Origin: Squalus acanthias
Lineage: Eukaryota
Direction: 5' to 3'
DNA length: 64,000 nt
Assembly (NCBI GenBank): GCA_030390025.1
Contig: CM059449.1
Span: 19,902,001 to 19,966,000 of the forward strand
The notes under the pieces: generated by a model
What the model saw: the letters and a program-made list of their open reading frames with translations, nothing else
The model's database searches: none
Told to the model about the DNA's origin: nothing
In this document: piece by piece, positions 36,722 to 50,358 of the stretch
Numbering within the stretch: the stretch's first letter is position 1
Layout of the letters: each line of letters opens with the position of its first letter
Translations under genes and position numbers: made by a program

Positions 36722-38500
36722 CACACTCATTCGCTACAGTTACATAAGAACATAAGAAATAGGAGCAGGAGTAGGCCAATCGGCCCCTCAAGCCTGCTCC
36801 GCCATTCAATAAGATCATGGCTGATCTGATCCTAACCTCAAATCTAAAGAACACAAGAAGTAGGAGTAGGACCCGGCCACTCAGCCCCTGGGCCCGCTCC
36901 GCCACCCACAGGGCCCTGACCGATCCGAACTCAGCCTCATGTCCAATTTCCTGCCTGCTCACCGTAACCCCTAATTCCCTTTGCCTCTAGGAAACTATCT
37001 ATTTCTGTTTTAAATTTATTTAATGATGTAGCTTCCCCAGCTTCCTGGGGCAGCAAATTCCACAGACCTTCTACCCTCTGAGTGAAGAAGTTTCTCCTCA
37101 TCTCAGTTTTGAAAGAGCAGCCCCTTATTCTAAGATTATGCCCCCTAGTTCTAGTTTCACCCATCCTTGGGAACATCCTTACCGCATCCACCCGATCAAG
37201 CCCCTTCACAATCTTTTATATTTCAATAAGATCGCCTCTCATTCTTCTGAACTCCAATGAGTAGAGTCCCAATCTACTCAACCTCTCCTCATATGTCCAC
37301 CCCCTCATCCCCGGGATTAACTGAGTGAACCTTCTTTGTACTGCCTCGAGAGCAAGTATGTCTTTTCTTAAGTATGGACACCAAAACTGTACGCAGTATT
37401 CCAGGTGCGGTCTCATCAATACCTTATATAACTGCAGCAATACCTCCCTGTTTTTATAATCTATCCCCCTAGCAATAAAAGCCAACATTCCGTTGGCCTT
37501 CTTGATCACCTGCTGCACCTGCATACCAACTTTTTGATTTTCTTGCACTAGAACCCCCAGATCCCTTTGTACTGCAGTACTTTCCAGTTTCTCTCCATTA
37601 AGATAATAACTTGCTCTCTGATTTTTCCTGCCAAAGTGCATAACCTCACATTTTCCAATATTGTATTGCATCTGCCAAATCTCCGCCCACTCACCCAGCC
37701 TGTCTATATCCCCTTGTAGGTTTTTTATGTCCTCCTCACTTTCTACTTTCCCTCCCATCTTTGTATCATCTGCAAACTTTGATATGTTACACTCGGTCCC
37801 CTCCTCCAAATCGTTAATATAGATTGTAAAGAGTTGGGGACCCAGCACCGACCCCTGCGGAACACCACTGGCTACTGGTTGCCAGTCCGAGAATGAACCA
37901 TTTATCCCAACTCGCCGCTTCCTGTTAGATAACCAATCCTCCACCCATGCCAAAATATTCCCCCCAATCCAGTGATTTTTTATCTTGAGCAATAATCTTT
38001 CATGTGGCACCTTGTCGAATGCCTTCTGGAAGTCTAAATACACTACGTCCACTGGTTCCCCTTTATCCACCCTGTACGTTATGTCCTCAAGGAACTCAAG
38101 CAAATTTGTCAGACATGACTTCCCCTTCATAAAGCCATGCTGACTTTGTCCTATTAAATTATGTTTATCTAAATGTTCCGTTACTGTCTCCTTAATAATA
38201 GACTCCAAAATTTTACCCACCACAGATGTTAGGCTAACTGGTCTATAATTTCCAGCCTTCTGCCTACTACCCTTTTTAAATAAGGGTGTTACATTAGCAG
38301 TTTTCCAATCTGCCGGGACCTTTGCTGAGTCCAGGGAATTTTGGAAAATTATTACCAAAGCATCCACAATCCCTACTGCCACTTCCCTCAAGACCCTAGG
38401 ATGTAAGCCATCAGGTCCAGGGGATTTATCCGCCTTGAGTCCCATTATTTTACTGAGTACCAATTCCTTAGTGATTTTAATCGTATTTAGCTCCTCCCCC
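36722..38500 (-). mobile_element. CR1, RT through 3' end, with a doubled 3' terminal module
   Basis: 415-aa RT ORF 37216-38463 and a frameshifted C-terminus; two stem-loop/tail units at 36722-36845 and 36846-36940. Confidence 0.93.
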
Positions 38501-39824
38501 CCCCCCTAGAGCCCCCTGTTTCCTCTATGTTAACAATTAACTTCATCTGGCTGTTTTAATGGGGAAAAGAGACATTATTTAAAGCTGCAGATCCCACATT
38601 CATTCCAAATAATTCAAACCTTTGGTAATGGAAGTGCCAATTAGTCATGGTGCATCATGCGGTGACTACTCCAAAGACTCTCAGTGGTGAGGTTTCTAAC
38701 ACTAACACAAAGCTGCTGATTTCCTCATTTGTTTCCTTTTAATGTGCATGAACTCTGTTCCCATATCTTGGGGCGGTGGGGAGGATTTCTAATACTCGTC
38801 TCACACTTCATACAAGAAAAAGTATGTTATCGGATCACCAACCTCTAATTTCCAACTTGTCCGGTCTCTTCCTATTTTATCGATACGACTGTACAGTGCC
38901 TTCTCATGTTCCTCCTAAGCTCCAAAGAATCAGTCTTCCTTCTTCCTCACTGTGTTGTAATCATCACACTCTTCTACTCTTAACTCATTCTTTTTCAGAA
39001 CCTGAAAACTATGGCGCTCCTTTCCTCCCTCAGCCTTCCCTTCCTCCTACAATCTACAGTGAGAATAAAAACCTACACTTGACATTGTCTAACCACGGCT
39101 TCCTGATTAACCTTGTCTTCTCTTCTGCTCTTTCCAGCCACGGTGGACTTTGGTCCTTCACCTGGGTTACTCAGTGAACAATAACAAGATGGAGATGTAC
39201 AGTCCTGGTATCTAACTGTGACTCTAATCTCCTATTTCTTTTACTCTATTTCCCTTTCAGCCAGTTTCTCCCATCTCCCCACTGAGGCCTCCAAGCAGCA
39301 CAAAGCAACCCCAGCCACGAGCACAGATGGCTAAGCTTCTCCCAGCTTCTGTCAATGCCCCGTTAAAGCTGCTCCAGGCTGTACCTGAGAGCTGCCTGGG
39401 ATTGATTCTCCATCCAATTTTCTTCCTTCCTGCCCTCTGAGGAATTGCTTGGCCGGGTCTCCTCGGGGAAGATCTGCAGAATTAAAAGTCAGCCAGTTGA
39501 GAATCAGAGACCTGAACCCAGATCTACCAGTTGCATGACGCACTAAACAAATTTTGAGAATGGATCTCAGGTGCAACTCTTAACAAGATTAATTCTGGCT
39601 GTACCATGCGTGGATTGAAGCACACTCTAGCAAACTGTGCAACCCTGTCATGAAAGTAGCTTTAAACATGACTGTCTGCTTTTAAGTGTTTGCATTTGTC
39701 CTAGCCACATGCTTGTGTCTGCTGAGCATTGTTCTCTGGCGCCTGTATCCGGTTTGCATTGCATCATTCCCAAGATGGATTTTGGCAACACACTGTTTCC
39801 AAAGCAGCACCCTTACTCTAATTC

Positions 39825-41693
39825 GAGGGGGGGGGGGGCGCGGCACAGTGGTATACAGTCGGGAAGGAGTGGCCCTGGGAGTCCTCAACATTGACTCCGG
39901 ATACAGTCGTGAATGGTGGTGGACCATTAAACAACTAACGGGAGGAGGCTCCATGAATATCCCCATCCTCAATGATGGTGGAGCCCAGCACGTGAGTGCA
40001 AAAGACAAGGCTGAAGTGTTTGCAACCATCTTCAGCCAGAAGTGCCGAGTGGATGATCCATATCAGCCTCCTCCTGAGGTCCCCAACATTACAGAAGCCT
40101 GTCTTCAGCCAATTCGATTCACTCCACGTGATATCAAGAAACGGCTGAGCACACTGGATACAGCAAAGGCTATGGGCCCCGACAACATCCCGGCTTGTGC
40201 TCCAGAACTAGCCACGCCTCTAGCCAAGCTGTTCCAGTACAGCTACAACACTGGCATCTATCCGACAATGTGGAAAACTGCCCAGGTATGTCCTGTCCAC
40301 AAAAAGCAGGACAAATCCAATCCGGCCAATTACCGCCCCATCAGTCTACTCTCAATCATCAGCAAAGTGATGGAAGGTGTCATCAACAGTGCTATCAAGC
40401 GGCACTTACTCACCAATAACCCGCTCACTGATGCCCAGTTTGGGTTCCGCCAAGACCACTCGGCTCCCGATCTCATTACAGCCTTGGTCCAAACATGGAC
40501 AAAGGAGCTGAATTCCAGAGGTGAGGTGAGAGTGACTGCCCTTGACATCAAGGCAGCATTTGACTGAGTGTGGCATCAAGGAGTCCTAGTGAAACTGAAG
40601 TCAATGGGAATCAGGGGGAAAACGCTCCACTGGCTGGAGTCATACCTAGCACAAAGGAAGATAGTTGTGGTGGTTGAAGGTCAATCATCACAGCCCCAGG
40701 ACATCGCTGCAGGAGTTCCTCAGGGCAGTGTCCAAGGCCCAACCATCTTCAGCTGCTTCATCAATGACCTTCCCTCCAACATAAGTTCAGAAATGGGGAT
40801 GTTCGCTGATGACTGTACAGTGTTCAGCGCCATTCACAACTCCTCAGATAATGAAGCAGTCCATGCCCGCATGCAACAAGACCTGGATGACGTTCAGGCT
40901 TGGGCTGATAAGTGGCAGGTAACATTCGCGCCACAGAAGTGCCAGGCAATGACTATCTCCAACAAGCGAGAGTCTAACCACCTCCCCTTGACATTCAATG
41001 GCATTACCATCGCCGAATCCCCCACTATCAACATCCTGGGGGTCACCATTAACCAGAAACTTAACTGGACCAGCCACACACATACTGTGGCAACAAGAGC
41101 AGGTCAGAGGCTAGGTATTCTGCGGCGCGTGTCTCACCGCCTGACTCCCCAAAGCCTTTCCGCCATCTACAAGGCACAAGTAAGGATTGTGATGGAATAC
41201 TCTACACTTGCCTGGATGAGTGCAGCTCCAACAACACTCAAGAAGCTCGATACCATCCAGGACAAAGCAGCCCATTTGATTGGCACCCCATCCACCACCT
41301 TAAACATTCACTCCCTCCACCACCGGCGTACCATGGCTGCATTGTGTACCATCTACAAGATGCACTGCAGCAACTCGCCAAGGCTTCTTCGGCAGCACCT
41401 CCCAAACCCGCAACCTCTTCCACCTAGAAGGACAAGGGCAGCAGGCACATGGGAACACCACCACCTCCAAGTTCCCCTCCAAGTCACACACCATCCTGAC
41501 TTAGAAGTATATCGCCGATCCTTCGTCGCTGGGTCAAAATCCTGGAGCTCCCTACCTAACAGCACTGTGGGAGTACCTTCACCACAAGGACTGCAGCGGT
41601 TGAAGAAGGCAGCTCAAGGGCAACTAGGGATGGGTAATAAATGCTGGCCTTGCCAGCGACGTCCAGATCCCATAAGCGAATAAAAACAAAAAA
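39825..41693 (+). mobile_element. Second LINE family ('B', CR1/L2 group), internally deleted, A-rich tail
   Basis: KAMGPDNIP, NYRPISLLS, QFGFR, DIKAAFD*, PQGS and FADD motifs; 3' end GGGATGGG(C/T)AATAAATGCTGGCC..ATCCC. Confidence 0.9.
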
Positions 41694-42939
41694 TGTACAA
41701 TTCCCTGGAGTTACAGGATTAATGACAGATGTTCTCCCCTCCATTCAGCGAGACATAAATGGACAAAGTGGTAATATAATACTCGAGGCCGACAGCCATT
41801 GTTGGAGCTGTCAGACAAGTTGTTTCATGTACAACAGAGGCTGGTGGGCGGTATCGCTGATCGAGCCTCCCTGGTTCATTCCCCTTTCAAGGGCAGTGCT
41901 GAATTCTACAGTCTTCCATGAATGACAGTAGTGTCACAGAGTTGGGAAGGGAGGGTTCATCTGATCGTTATCCTGTTGGCCTTCACACCAGACTTGTGGA
42001 TTACTCCTGATGTAACTACTGCCCGTCACGGTATGGCGCCCAGATATTTGTTTTTGGTGCCTGGGCTCAATTGAGAACACCTATCTCGAATTTGGGAACA
42101 GGCTGCCCACAATTTTACCCCCCCACCCCCCCTTCAAGTCATTGGAGAATTTTGACTCGGAATCATCCCTAAGTAAATGGGAAATTCAGAGTCCAAGATC
42201 CAGTTACAATGAATGGGTCTACATTGAAACTTGAGGCTGGGAACCATGCATTGAAGCCACGTATAACAGGCCCTATGGTAATGGGGAAAAATCCTACGTT
42301 GAACTCTGCACCTCGCTGAAGTGTAATTCTAATCTGCAGTGCCCAGCAAACCTCTCCTATTTATTGTGTTTATATCTTATTGTATTTATGGATGAGAATT
42401 GTCTATTTTCATTCTATAAAGAATATCTTACCATCGTCTTTGCATTGTGTTGTCACTGCCTTGCTGTGTTATTGCTGTCTCACTAGTTTATTATTGTTTT
42501 ACTGCTGCCTGTGTGCTAGCATTATCCCGTTAAAGCCTTAAAAGTTGTGTGTATATATATCCTGACCAAGCTATACTCTTCTCATGTATCATTGCTCTTT
42601 ATCATGGGGTTGTCCTTGTAATAATACTGTCTCGCCGATGTCTTCCATTGTATCCTATCATTTCGCCAGCCTCTTCTATTGTCCTCTGACTGCCTCACCA
42701 AGGGCTTCCATTACGTTTATACTTATTTGCCAAGTTCTTCATGTCGCGTTGTACTGATGCTAACAGCTTTTGCCTTGTCTCTCCAAGGCATTGTCTTATA
42801 AGTATCGCACCAACATCTTGGCATTGCTCCCCTGCCCGAGGTCGGTCTTTGACCAGGGCCAGCTCAAACGGTCTAAATGCTGCTTGCAAGATCTGCTCTA
42901 TTGGCCCCGTGCCTGAGCTGTAGCAGTCAAGGACTGAAG

Positions 42940-43015
42940 GAGCACAGGAACAGGAGTAGGCCATTCAGCCCCTCGAGCCTGCTCCGTCATTCAATTACAT
43001 CATGGCTGATCTGTA
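42940..43015 (-). mobile_element. CR1 tail fragment
   Basis: Conserved 3' stem-loop. Confidence 0.75.
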
Positions 43016-43292
43016 GCTCGAGGAGCGTTCTGTAATTCATGCAAACCCTGAAAAAATTCTAAAAGTGACATCTAAAATGGTACAGTCTGCCTGTTACATT
43101 TACTTATTCTTTTAATTAATTAATTTTTGTTCCAGGGCATAAGAGTTCAGATAAGATCCCCTTGCCCATTCATCGATCCTACTGGGGTCTGATGGGCCAC
43201 CACCTCAGTTCCTTTTTTTTGGAGCGATGCGGTCAATAAAAGTATCGCTTTCTGTTACTCTTTCCCTGTGTCACGGTTACTCTCGTACTGTG

Positions 43293-43478
43293 GGGGCAAT
43301 TTTAACCCAACCCAACCGTCGAGAAACTGACTAGATCAGGTGCAATGCTGGTTTTATACCCCGCCTGATTTTACCCGCCACTGAAGTCAGTGGAGAGCAA
43401 TATCGGGTGGGGTGTAAAACCGGCATTCCACCCGAGCCCGTGGGATTCCCGCCCGGTGCGTTCGGTTAAAATTACCCC
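43293..43478. mobile_element. Fold-back MITE
   Basis: TIRs GGGGCAATTTTAACC / GGTTAAAATTACCCC, internal 25-bp inverted arms, central CACTGAAGTCAGTG palindrome. Confidence 0.75.
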
Positions 43479-44329
43479 TTGTGTCTCTGTTACTCTCCTG
43501 ATGTCTGTTACTTCCCCTCTTCTGTCTTACTCTCCCCCTTTTTTCTTTGTGATTTTCTCCGTTTTACCCACCTTGTGTCTGTTACTCTCCTTTGTTCTTT
43601 TGGTGTTTCTCTCTCTCTCTCTTACTCTCTCATTATGGCTCTGTTACTATCCTCATGATTTTTTGTTTCCTGTTAATCTCCCCCTGGTTTCTGTTACTTT
43701 CTCCCTGTGTCTGTCTGCCCTGTGCATCCTTTCTGTCTATGGTCTTTCCCTCTCTCTGCTATGTTCTGACTGCTTCTATTGTTATTTCTGTTATTCCAGT
43801 GATTACATGAATCTAACTGCATCCATTTCAATCTTACTAAAACTCACTTCTAACCATTCGCGTATTACCGCACCAATATCAGAAAATCGAGGCGTTACTG
43901 TCTAGGCTACTTGAGCGAGGTACCACAGGGACGCTTTTAAGAGACAAGAGGAGAGGGTAAAATTGAAGGCAGCATACAAAGAATTCAAAAATACACTCCA
44001 AACTTGGTCCCATCAGCTTGGGCCTGGGTATAGGCTCTGCAGCACGCTGTGGTTCAAACCCTGGCTGCAGAATCTGCTGCACGCTAGCGTGAAGTGGGTC
44101 TGACTAATAATAGTGTGAGCCATCTGATAAGAGAATGGACAGAAACGAGAAAGGGTGCAAACAACAGTGGGAGCAGGCAGTACTCAGAATTACCAAACCA
44201 CATCGTGCTGAAAGCGCACCTGAGGGGCCTTGTGGTTACTTCCGGTGTTGATTCTGTTCGGTCTTTAGTCCGTTGGTATTTTTCCAAATTAAAATTAAAT
44301 GTCACGTTGGTGAGGGCTAAGGAAAATTC

Positions 44330-44810
44330 AGAGCTCCACCCCCATCACCCTGACATTAGAGCTCCCTCCATAATACCCTGACATTAGAGCTCCCTCTGCA
44401 TACTCTATAGCACAAAACTCCCTCTACATTACCCTGCACCGCAGAGCTTCCTCTATATTATTCCACAGTATGGAGCTCCCCTGCATTACCATACAGTGCA
44501 GGAATCCCTCTCCATGACCCTGAGATTACAGAGCTCCCTCTGCGTACCCTACAGTACAAAGCTCCCTTTACATTACAAAACTCCCCCTACATTACTGTAT
44601 ATACAAAACTCCCCCTACATTACTGTATAGTACAAAACTCCCCAACATTACAAAACTCCCTCGACATTACCCTGCACTGCAGAGTTTCCTCTACATTATT
44701 CCACAGTATGGAGCTCCCCTGCATTACCATTCGGCACAGAAATCTCTCCATGACATTACAGAGCTCTCCTACATTACGCTGCCGGTAAAACAATCCTCTG
44801 CATTATCCCT
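44330..44810. repeat. Degenerate ~30-bp tandem repeat
   Basis: Recurrent (G/A)AGCTCCCTCTACATTACCCTG..CA units. Confidence 0.75.
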
Positions 44811-44909
44811 ATGCATTTCATGATATGCATTCCAATTATGAATCACATAATCAAAAGTTCAACTTCAGATACTAAAGAACATATTACACTGAAATTATTT
44901 TCTTTCAAG

Positions 44910-45065
44910 TCCCAGGGACATTTACATCAACTGGATGCCAACGAAGGACAGCAAAGTTGTGGCGTTCAGCTCGTCACGATATACGATGAGATAAAATTCA
45001 ACCCTGAAGTGTCCACGCCAACGACGGCGGCGAAGAAAGGACAGGAAGCGAGTGCCAACGCCTGA
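44910..45065 (+). CDS. Candidate cytoplasmic exon of the SLAM-like gene with an ITSM
   Basis: Acceptor ttttctttcaag| or cccag| (phase 0); ..QLVTIYDEIKFNPE..; TIYDEI fits TxYxxI. Confidence 0.6.
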   Translation, partial: SQGHLHQLDANEGQQSCGVQLVTIYDEIKFNPEVSTPTTAAKKGQEASANA

Positions 45066-45486
45066 CTCTTATCCTCTGCCACATGAACGACAACAGCGGG
45101 CCTGAACTGTGCTTAATGATTCCCAGTGCTCGCTCGCTCGCCGCGCTCTTCCTTTTACAGCTGGATTGGATCAGCTTGCTTGCGTGAGAAAACGGACCGA
45201 GTGCCAGAGAAGGCCACAAAGGTTCAATGTTTGGGCCAGGCCATGTGAGGAAATACTAACTGAAAATGTTGGAAATACACAGCAATGGCCATCGGCATGA
45301 GGAAAAGAGAACACTCGGTAAAACAAAAATGAGGAGAGAGAAGGGGAGAAACATAGGTGACGGCATAGCTCAGATATACTGGGTTCAACAGCCTAGAAAC
45401 AGAATTCATTAAAGAGCTGGAAAGGGTTGCTGCGTGCGAGCTGAAAATTGCTGTGTATTTTTACCATTTCCTGTGTTTACTTCTAG

Positions 45487-45577
45487 ATGCCACTATTCTG
45501 AAAGTGAAACAGTAGAAGAAAATGGGAACGCATTCAATATTAGCACGTCCTGTGGATCTGAGGGAGGGAGGCAGACG
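45487..45577 (+). CDS. Candidate cytoplasmic exon
   Basis: Strong acceptor tgtttacttctag| and donor ACG|GTGGGT; open only in phase 2 (CHYSESETVEENGNAFNISTSCGSEGGRQT). Confidence 0.35.
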
Positions 45578-45634
45578 GTGGGTTGGGGAAACTCCTATTT
45601 AATAAGTGGCTGATTCACTATGTATTTCTTTATA

Positions 45635-48600
45635 GTGTCAGCTGTGGCTCAGTGGGTAGCACTCCACCCTCTGGGTCAGAAGGTTGTGGGTTCAAGTCCC
45701 ACTCCAGAGACTTGAGCACAAAAATCTAGGCTGACACACCCAGTGCAGTACTCGGGGAGTGCAGTACTCAGGGAGGGCTGCACAGTCGGAGGTGCTGTCT
45801 TTTGGATGAGACACTAAACCCATGCCCCGGCTGCTATCTCAGGTGGACGTAAGACATCCCATGGCGCTTTTTCAAAAAAGAGCAGGGGAATTATCCCCCG
45901 GTGTCCTGGCCAATATTTATCCCTCAAGCAACATAGCAAAAAACAGATTGCTTGGTCATTCTCACACTGCTGTTTGTGGGAGCTTGCTGTGCGCAAATTG
46001 GCTGCCGCGTTTCCTACATTAGAGGAAAAAGACTGCAGGGAGGATGGGCAAACTGACCACGGAACTGTGGTACAGGGGGCCATCCAAGGGGGGGGAGAAG
46101 GAAGGAATGTGGTAGTAGTAGGGGACAGTATAGTCAGGGGGATAGATACTGTTCTCTGCAGCCGCGAAAGAGAGTCCCAAAGGCTGTGTTGCCTGCCCGG
46201 TGCCAGGGTTAAGGATATCTCCTCGCGGCTGGAGAAGAACTTGGAGTGGGAGGGGGAGGATCCAGTTGTCATGGTCCATGTAGGAACCAACGACATAGGC
46301 AGAACTAAGAATGAGGTTCTGCTGAGGGAGTTTGAGGAGCTAGGGTCTAAATTAATAAGCAGAACCACAAGGGTAATAATCTCTGGATTACTACCTGAGC
46401 CACGCGCAAATTGGCATAGGGTCAAGCAGATCAGAGAGTTAAATGCGTGGCTCAAAGAGTGGTGTGGGAAAATGGGGATTCCACCAGTATTGGGGAAAGA
46501 GGGAGCTGTTCCCTCGGGACGGGCTCTACTTAAACCGGGCTGGGACCAGCATCCAGGCGAATCAAATAACTAGGGCTGTAGATAGGGCTTTAAACTAAAA
46601 AAGGGGGGGGGGAGGAGTCAGGTGAGGGGAAATTTAAAAATCTAAAGAGAAAGGTCAAGGCAAAAGAGCATTGTAGCGATTTGGGTAAAAATAAGCAGAG
46701 TGTGACAGGAAGGGACAGAGAGTTTAATGGTAGCAGTGCAGCAGAGAATAAGGTCAAAGCAGGGAATAATGGTAAAAAAATTAAATTAAAGGCTCTTTAA
46801 CTGAATGCATGAAGCATTCGTAGCAAGATAGACAAACTAGTGGCACAAATAGAGATAAATGGGTTTGATCTAATAGCCATTACAGAGACAAGGTGGCCAA
46901 GGTTGGGAACTAAATGTTCCAGGGTACTTGACGTTTCGAAAAGACAGGCAGAGTAGCCCTGATAATAAAGGATGACATAAGGACAGTATCGAGAAAGGAT
47001 CTCGGCTCGGAAGATCAGGAAGTAGAATCATTATGGGTGGAGATAAGGAATAACAAGAGGCAGAAAACACTGTTTGGAGTAGTATATAGGCCCCCTAACA
47101 GCAGCTATACCATTGGACAGAATATTAATCAAGAAATAGTAGGAGCTTGCAACAAAGGTAATGCAATAATCTTGGGGGAGTTTAATCTTCATATAGACTA
47201 GACAAATCAAATTGGCAAAGGTAGTCTGGAGGACGAGTTTATGGAATGCATTCGGGACAGTTTCTTCGAACAATATGTCATGGAACCAACCAGGGAACAG
47301 GCTATTTTAGATCTTGTATTGTGTAATGAGACAGGGTTAATTAGCAATCTCATAGTAAAGGATCCTCTGGGGCAGAGTGATCATAATATGATAGATTTTC
47401 ACATTAATTTTGAAAGTGACTTGCCTAAGTCCAAAACTAGAGTCTTAAACTTAAATAAAGCCAATTACATAGGTATGAGGGGCGAGTTGGCTAAGGTAGA
47501 TTGAAAAAATAGATTAAAAAGTATGGCGGTAGAGAAGCAGTGGCTAGCATTTAAAGAAATATTTCACAAAAATAAATTTTATTGAGAAACAAAAACTCCA
47601 CAGAAAAAGTGATCCAACCGTGGCTAACTAAAGAAGTTAAGGATAGCATTAGATTGAAAGAAGCAGCTTATAATGTTGCAAAGAATAATAGTAAGCCTGA
47701 GGATTGGGAGAGTTTCAGAAATCAGCAAAGGTTGACCAAAAAATTGATAAAAAGGGAAAAAATAGAATGAGAGAAAACTAGCAAGAAATGTAAAAGCAGA
47801 CTGTAAGAGTTTCTACAAGCATATAAAAAGGAAAAGAGTAGCAAAAGTAAACATTGGTCCATTAGAGGCTGAGATAAGGGAAATTATTATGGGGGTTTAG
47901 GAAATGGCAGAAACGTTAAACAAATATTTTGTATCTGTCTTCACAGTAGAAGCACACCAAAAATGGTGAGGAACCAAGGGTCTAATGAGGGTGAGGAACT
48001 TAACGTAATTAATATAAGTAGAGAAAAAGTACTAGAGAAACTAATGGGACTAAAAGCCGACAAATCCGCTGGACCTGACAGCTTACATCCTAGAGTTCTA
48101 AAAGAGGTGGCTGAAGAGATACTGGATGCATTGGTTTTGATCTTCCAAAATTCCCTAGACTCTGGAATGGTCCCAGTGGATTGGAAGGTTGCAAATGTAA
48201 CACCGCTATTCAAGAAAGGAGGGAGAGAAAAAACAGGGAACTACAAGCCAGTTAGCCTGATATCAGTCGTCGGGAAAATGCTGGAATCCATTGTTAAGGA
48301 AGTGGTATCAAGTCACTTAGAAAATCATAACATGATTAGGCAGAGTCAACATGGTTCTATGAAAGGGAAATCGTGTTTGACAAATTTATTAGAGTTTTTT
48401 GAGGCTGTAACTAGCAGGGCAGATAAAGGGGAACCAGTGGATGCAGTATATTTGGATTTCCAAAAGGCATTCGATAAGGTGCCACATAAAAGGTTATTAC
48501 ACAAGATTAGGGCTCAAGGGGTTGGGGGTAATATAGTAGCATAGATAGAGGATTGGTTAACGGACAGAAAACAGAGAGTAGGGATAAACGGATCTTTTTC

Positions 48601-49735
48601 AGGTTGGAGGCTGTAACTAGTAGGGTGCCACAAGGATCAGTGTTGGGGCCTCAGCTATTTACAATCTAAATTAATGACCTAGATGAAGGGACCGAGTGTA
48701 ATGTATCCGAGTTTGCTGATGATACAAAGCCAAGTGGGACAGTAAGCTGTGAGGAAAACACAGAGTCTGCAAAGGGATATAGATAGACTAAGTGAGTGGG
48801 CAGTAAGGTGGCAGATGGAGTTTAATGTAGGGAAATGTGAGGTTATTCACTTTGGTAAGAAGAATATAAAAACATTATTTTTTAAATGGTGAGAAAGTTT
48901 CAAATGTTGGTGTTCAGAGAGATTTGAGTGTCCTCGTGCAAGAAACACAGAAAGCTAGCATGCAGGTACAGCAAGCAATAAGGAAGGCAAATGGCATGTT
49001 GGCCTTCATTGCAAGGGGGTTGGAGTATAAGAGTAAGGAAGTCTTGCTACAATTGTACAGGGCCTTGGTGAGACCACACCTGGAGTACTGTGTACAGTTT
49101 TGGTCTTTTTATCTAAGCAATGATATACTTGCCTTGGAGGCGGTGCAACGAAGGTTCACTAGATTGATTCCTGGGATGAGAGGGCTGTCCTATGATGAGA
49201 GATTGTGTAGAATGGGCCTATACTCTCTGGAGTTTAGAAGAATGAGAGGTGATCTCATTGAAATATACAAGATTCTGAAGGGAATTGACAGGGTAGATGC
49301 TGAGAGGTTGTTTCCCCTGGCTGGAGTGTCTAGAACTAGGGGGCATAGTCTCAGGTTAAGGGTAGGCCATTTAAGACTGAGATAAGGAGGAATTTCTTCA
49401 CTCAGAGGGTTGTGAATCTTTGGAATTCTCTGCCCCAGAGGGCTGTGGATGCTGAGTCTGAGTATATTCAAGGCTGAGATAGATAGATTTTTGGACTCTA
49501 GGGGAATCAAGGGATATGGAGATCGGGCAGGAAAGTGGAGTTGAGGTCGATGATCAGCCATGATCTTACTGAATGGCGGAGCAGGCTCGAGGGGCCATAT
49601 GGCCTACTCCTGCTCTTATTTCTTATGTTCTTATTACAACAGTGACTACACTTCAAAAAAAGTACTTCATTGGGTGTAAAGTGCTTTGGGATGTCCTCAG
49701 GTCGTGAAAGGCGCTGTATAAATGCAAGTCTTTCT
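45635..49735 (+). mobile_element. Deu-domain SINE (45635-46021, 49632-49735) split by a CR1
   Basis: TTCCTAC-ATTA|..|ATTA-CAACAGTGAC rejoins the SINE consensus with a 4-bp TSD. Confidence 0.9.
46022..49631 (+). mobile_element. CR1 (ORF1 esterase to tail), decayed
   Basis: VVGDS..HVGTND..RALN*, then fragmented APE-RT and (TTCTTATG) tail. Confidence 0.95.
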
Positions 49736-50209
49736 TTGACCTGTAGTTACCCTGTGCAAGAAGACACTCTCCCTCTTGGCCAGCTTGAATGTGTTCCCAT
49801 GTTCTTCTACTGTTTCACTTTGACAATAGTGGCACTGAGAATCAGCTGGACATTTAACAAAAAGAGGTTTTACCAATCTGATACAGAAAATTGCACCATT
49901 AACAATACTGTACCATTAACCATTGGTTAAAGAACTGCAGAAAATACAACGTTCCCTCTAAGCTGTGCGGCCATGCGGCTGCGCAGCTCTCTGTCGGTTC
50001 CACACAGCCCGGTGACCAGTTTCGCGCAACTGTGAATGGACCATGCTGCCCCTTAAACGGGCCACGCACCCAAAAAAAAGGGGAACATTGCATATGACTA
50101 CGAATCATACTGCCTTTGACTAGCTTTAATTTTCTTTCTTCCCTCTAGTTTATTTACTGACACAGCGTCACAACTATTTTTAATGAATATTGCTTTGATT
50201 TCAGTCTCA

Positions 50210-50358
50210 GGTCTAGAAATTTGTCTCGGGCGTTGTCGCAAATGGGCGGTATCAGATCGGCCGCCTGTCAATGCAACTGAATGTCAGGCACTGCGTATAA
50301 CGGGCGCCGATGTGATAACGCCCGTTTTGATACAAAGCGCGAGACAAATTTCTAGGCC
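50210..50358. mobile_element. MITE with 3-bp TSD (PIF/Harbinger-like)
   Basis: TIRs GGTCTAGAAATTTGTCTCG / CGAGACAAATTTCTAGGCC, flanked by TCA on both sides. Confidence 0.75.

Noticed and set aside
39261-39335. Additional cytoplasmic exon after a good acceptor
   Set aside because: No usable donor and no signalling motif; could at most be an alternative terminal exon.
43390-43905. 171-aa hydrophobic multi-pass membrane ORF
   Set aside because: Arises from CT-rich low-complexity sequence plus a MITE; no ATG start or family motif.
49947-50090. hAT-like MITE (CAACGTTCCC / GGGAACATTG)
   Set aside because: Short TIR only; no 8-bp TSD detected.
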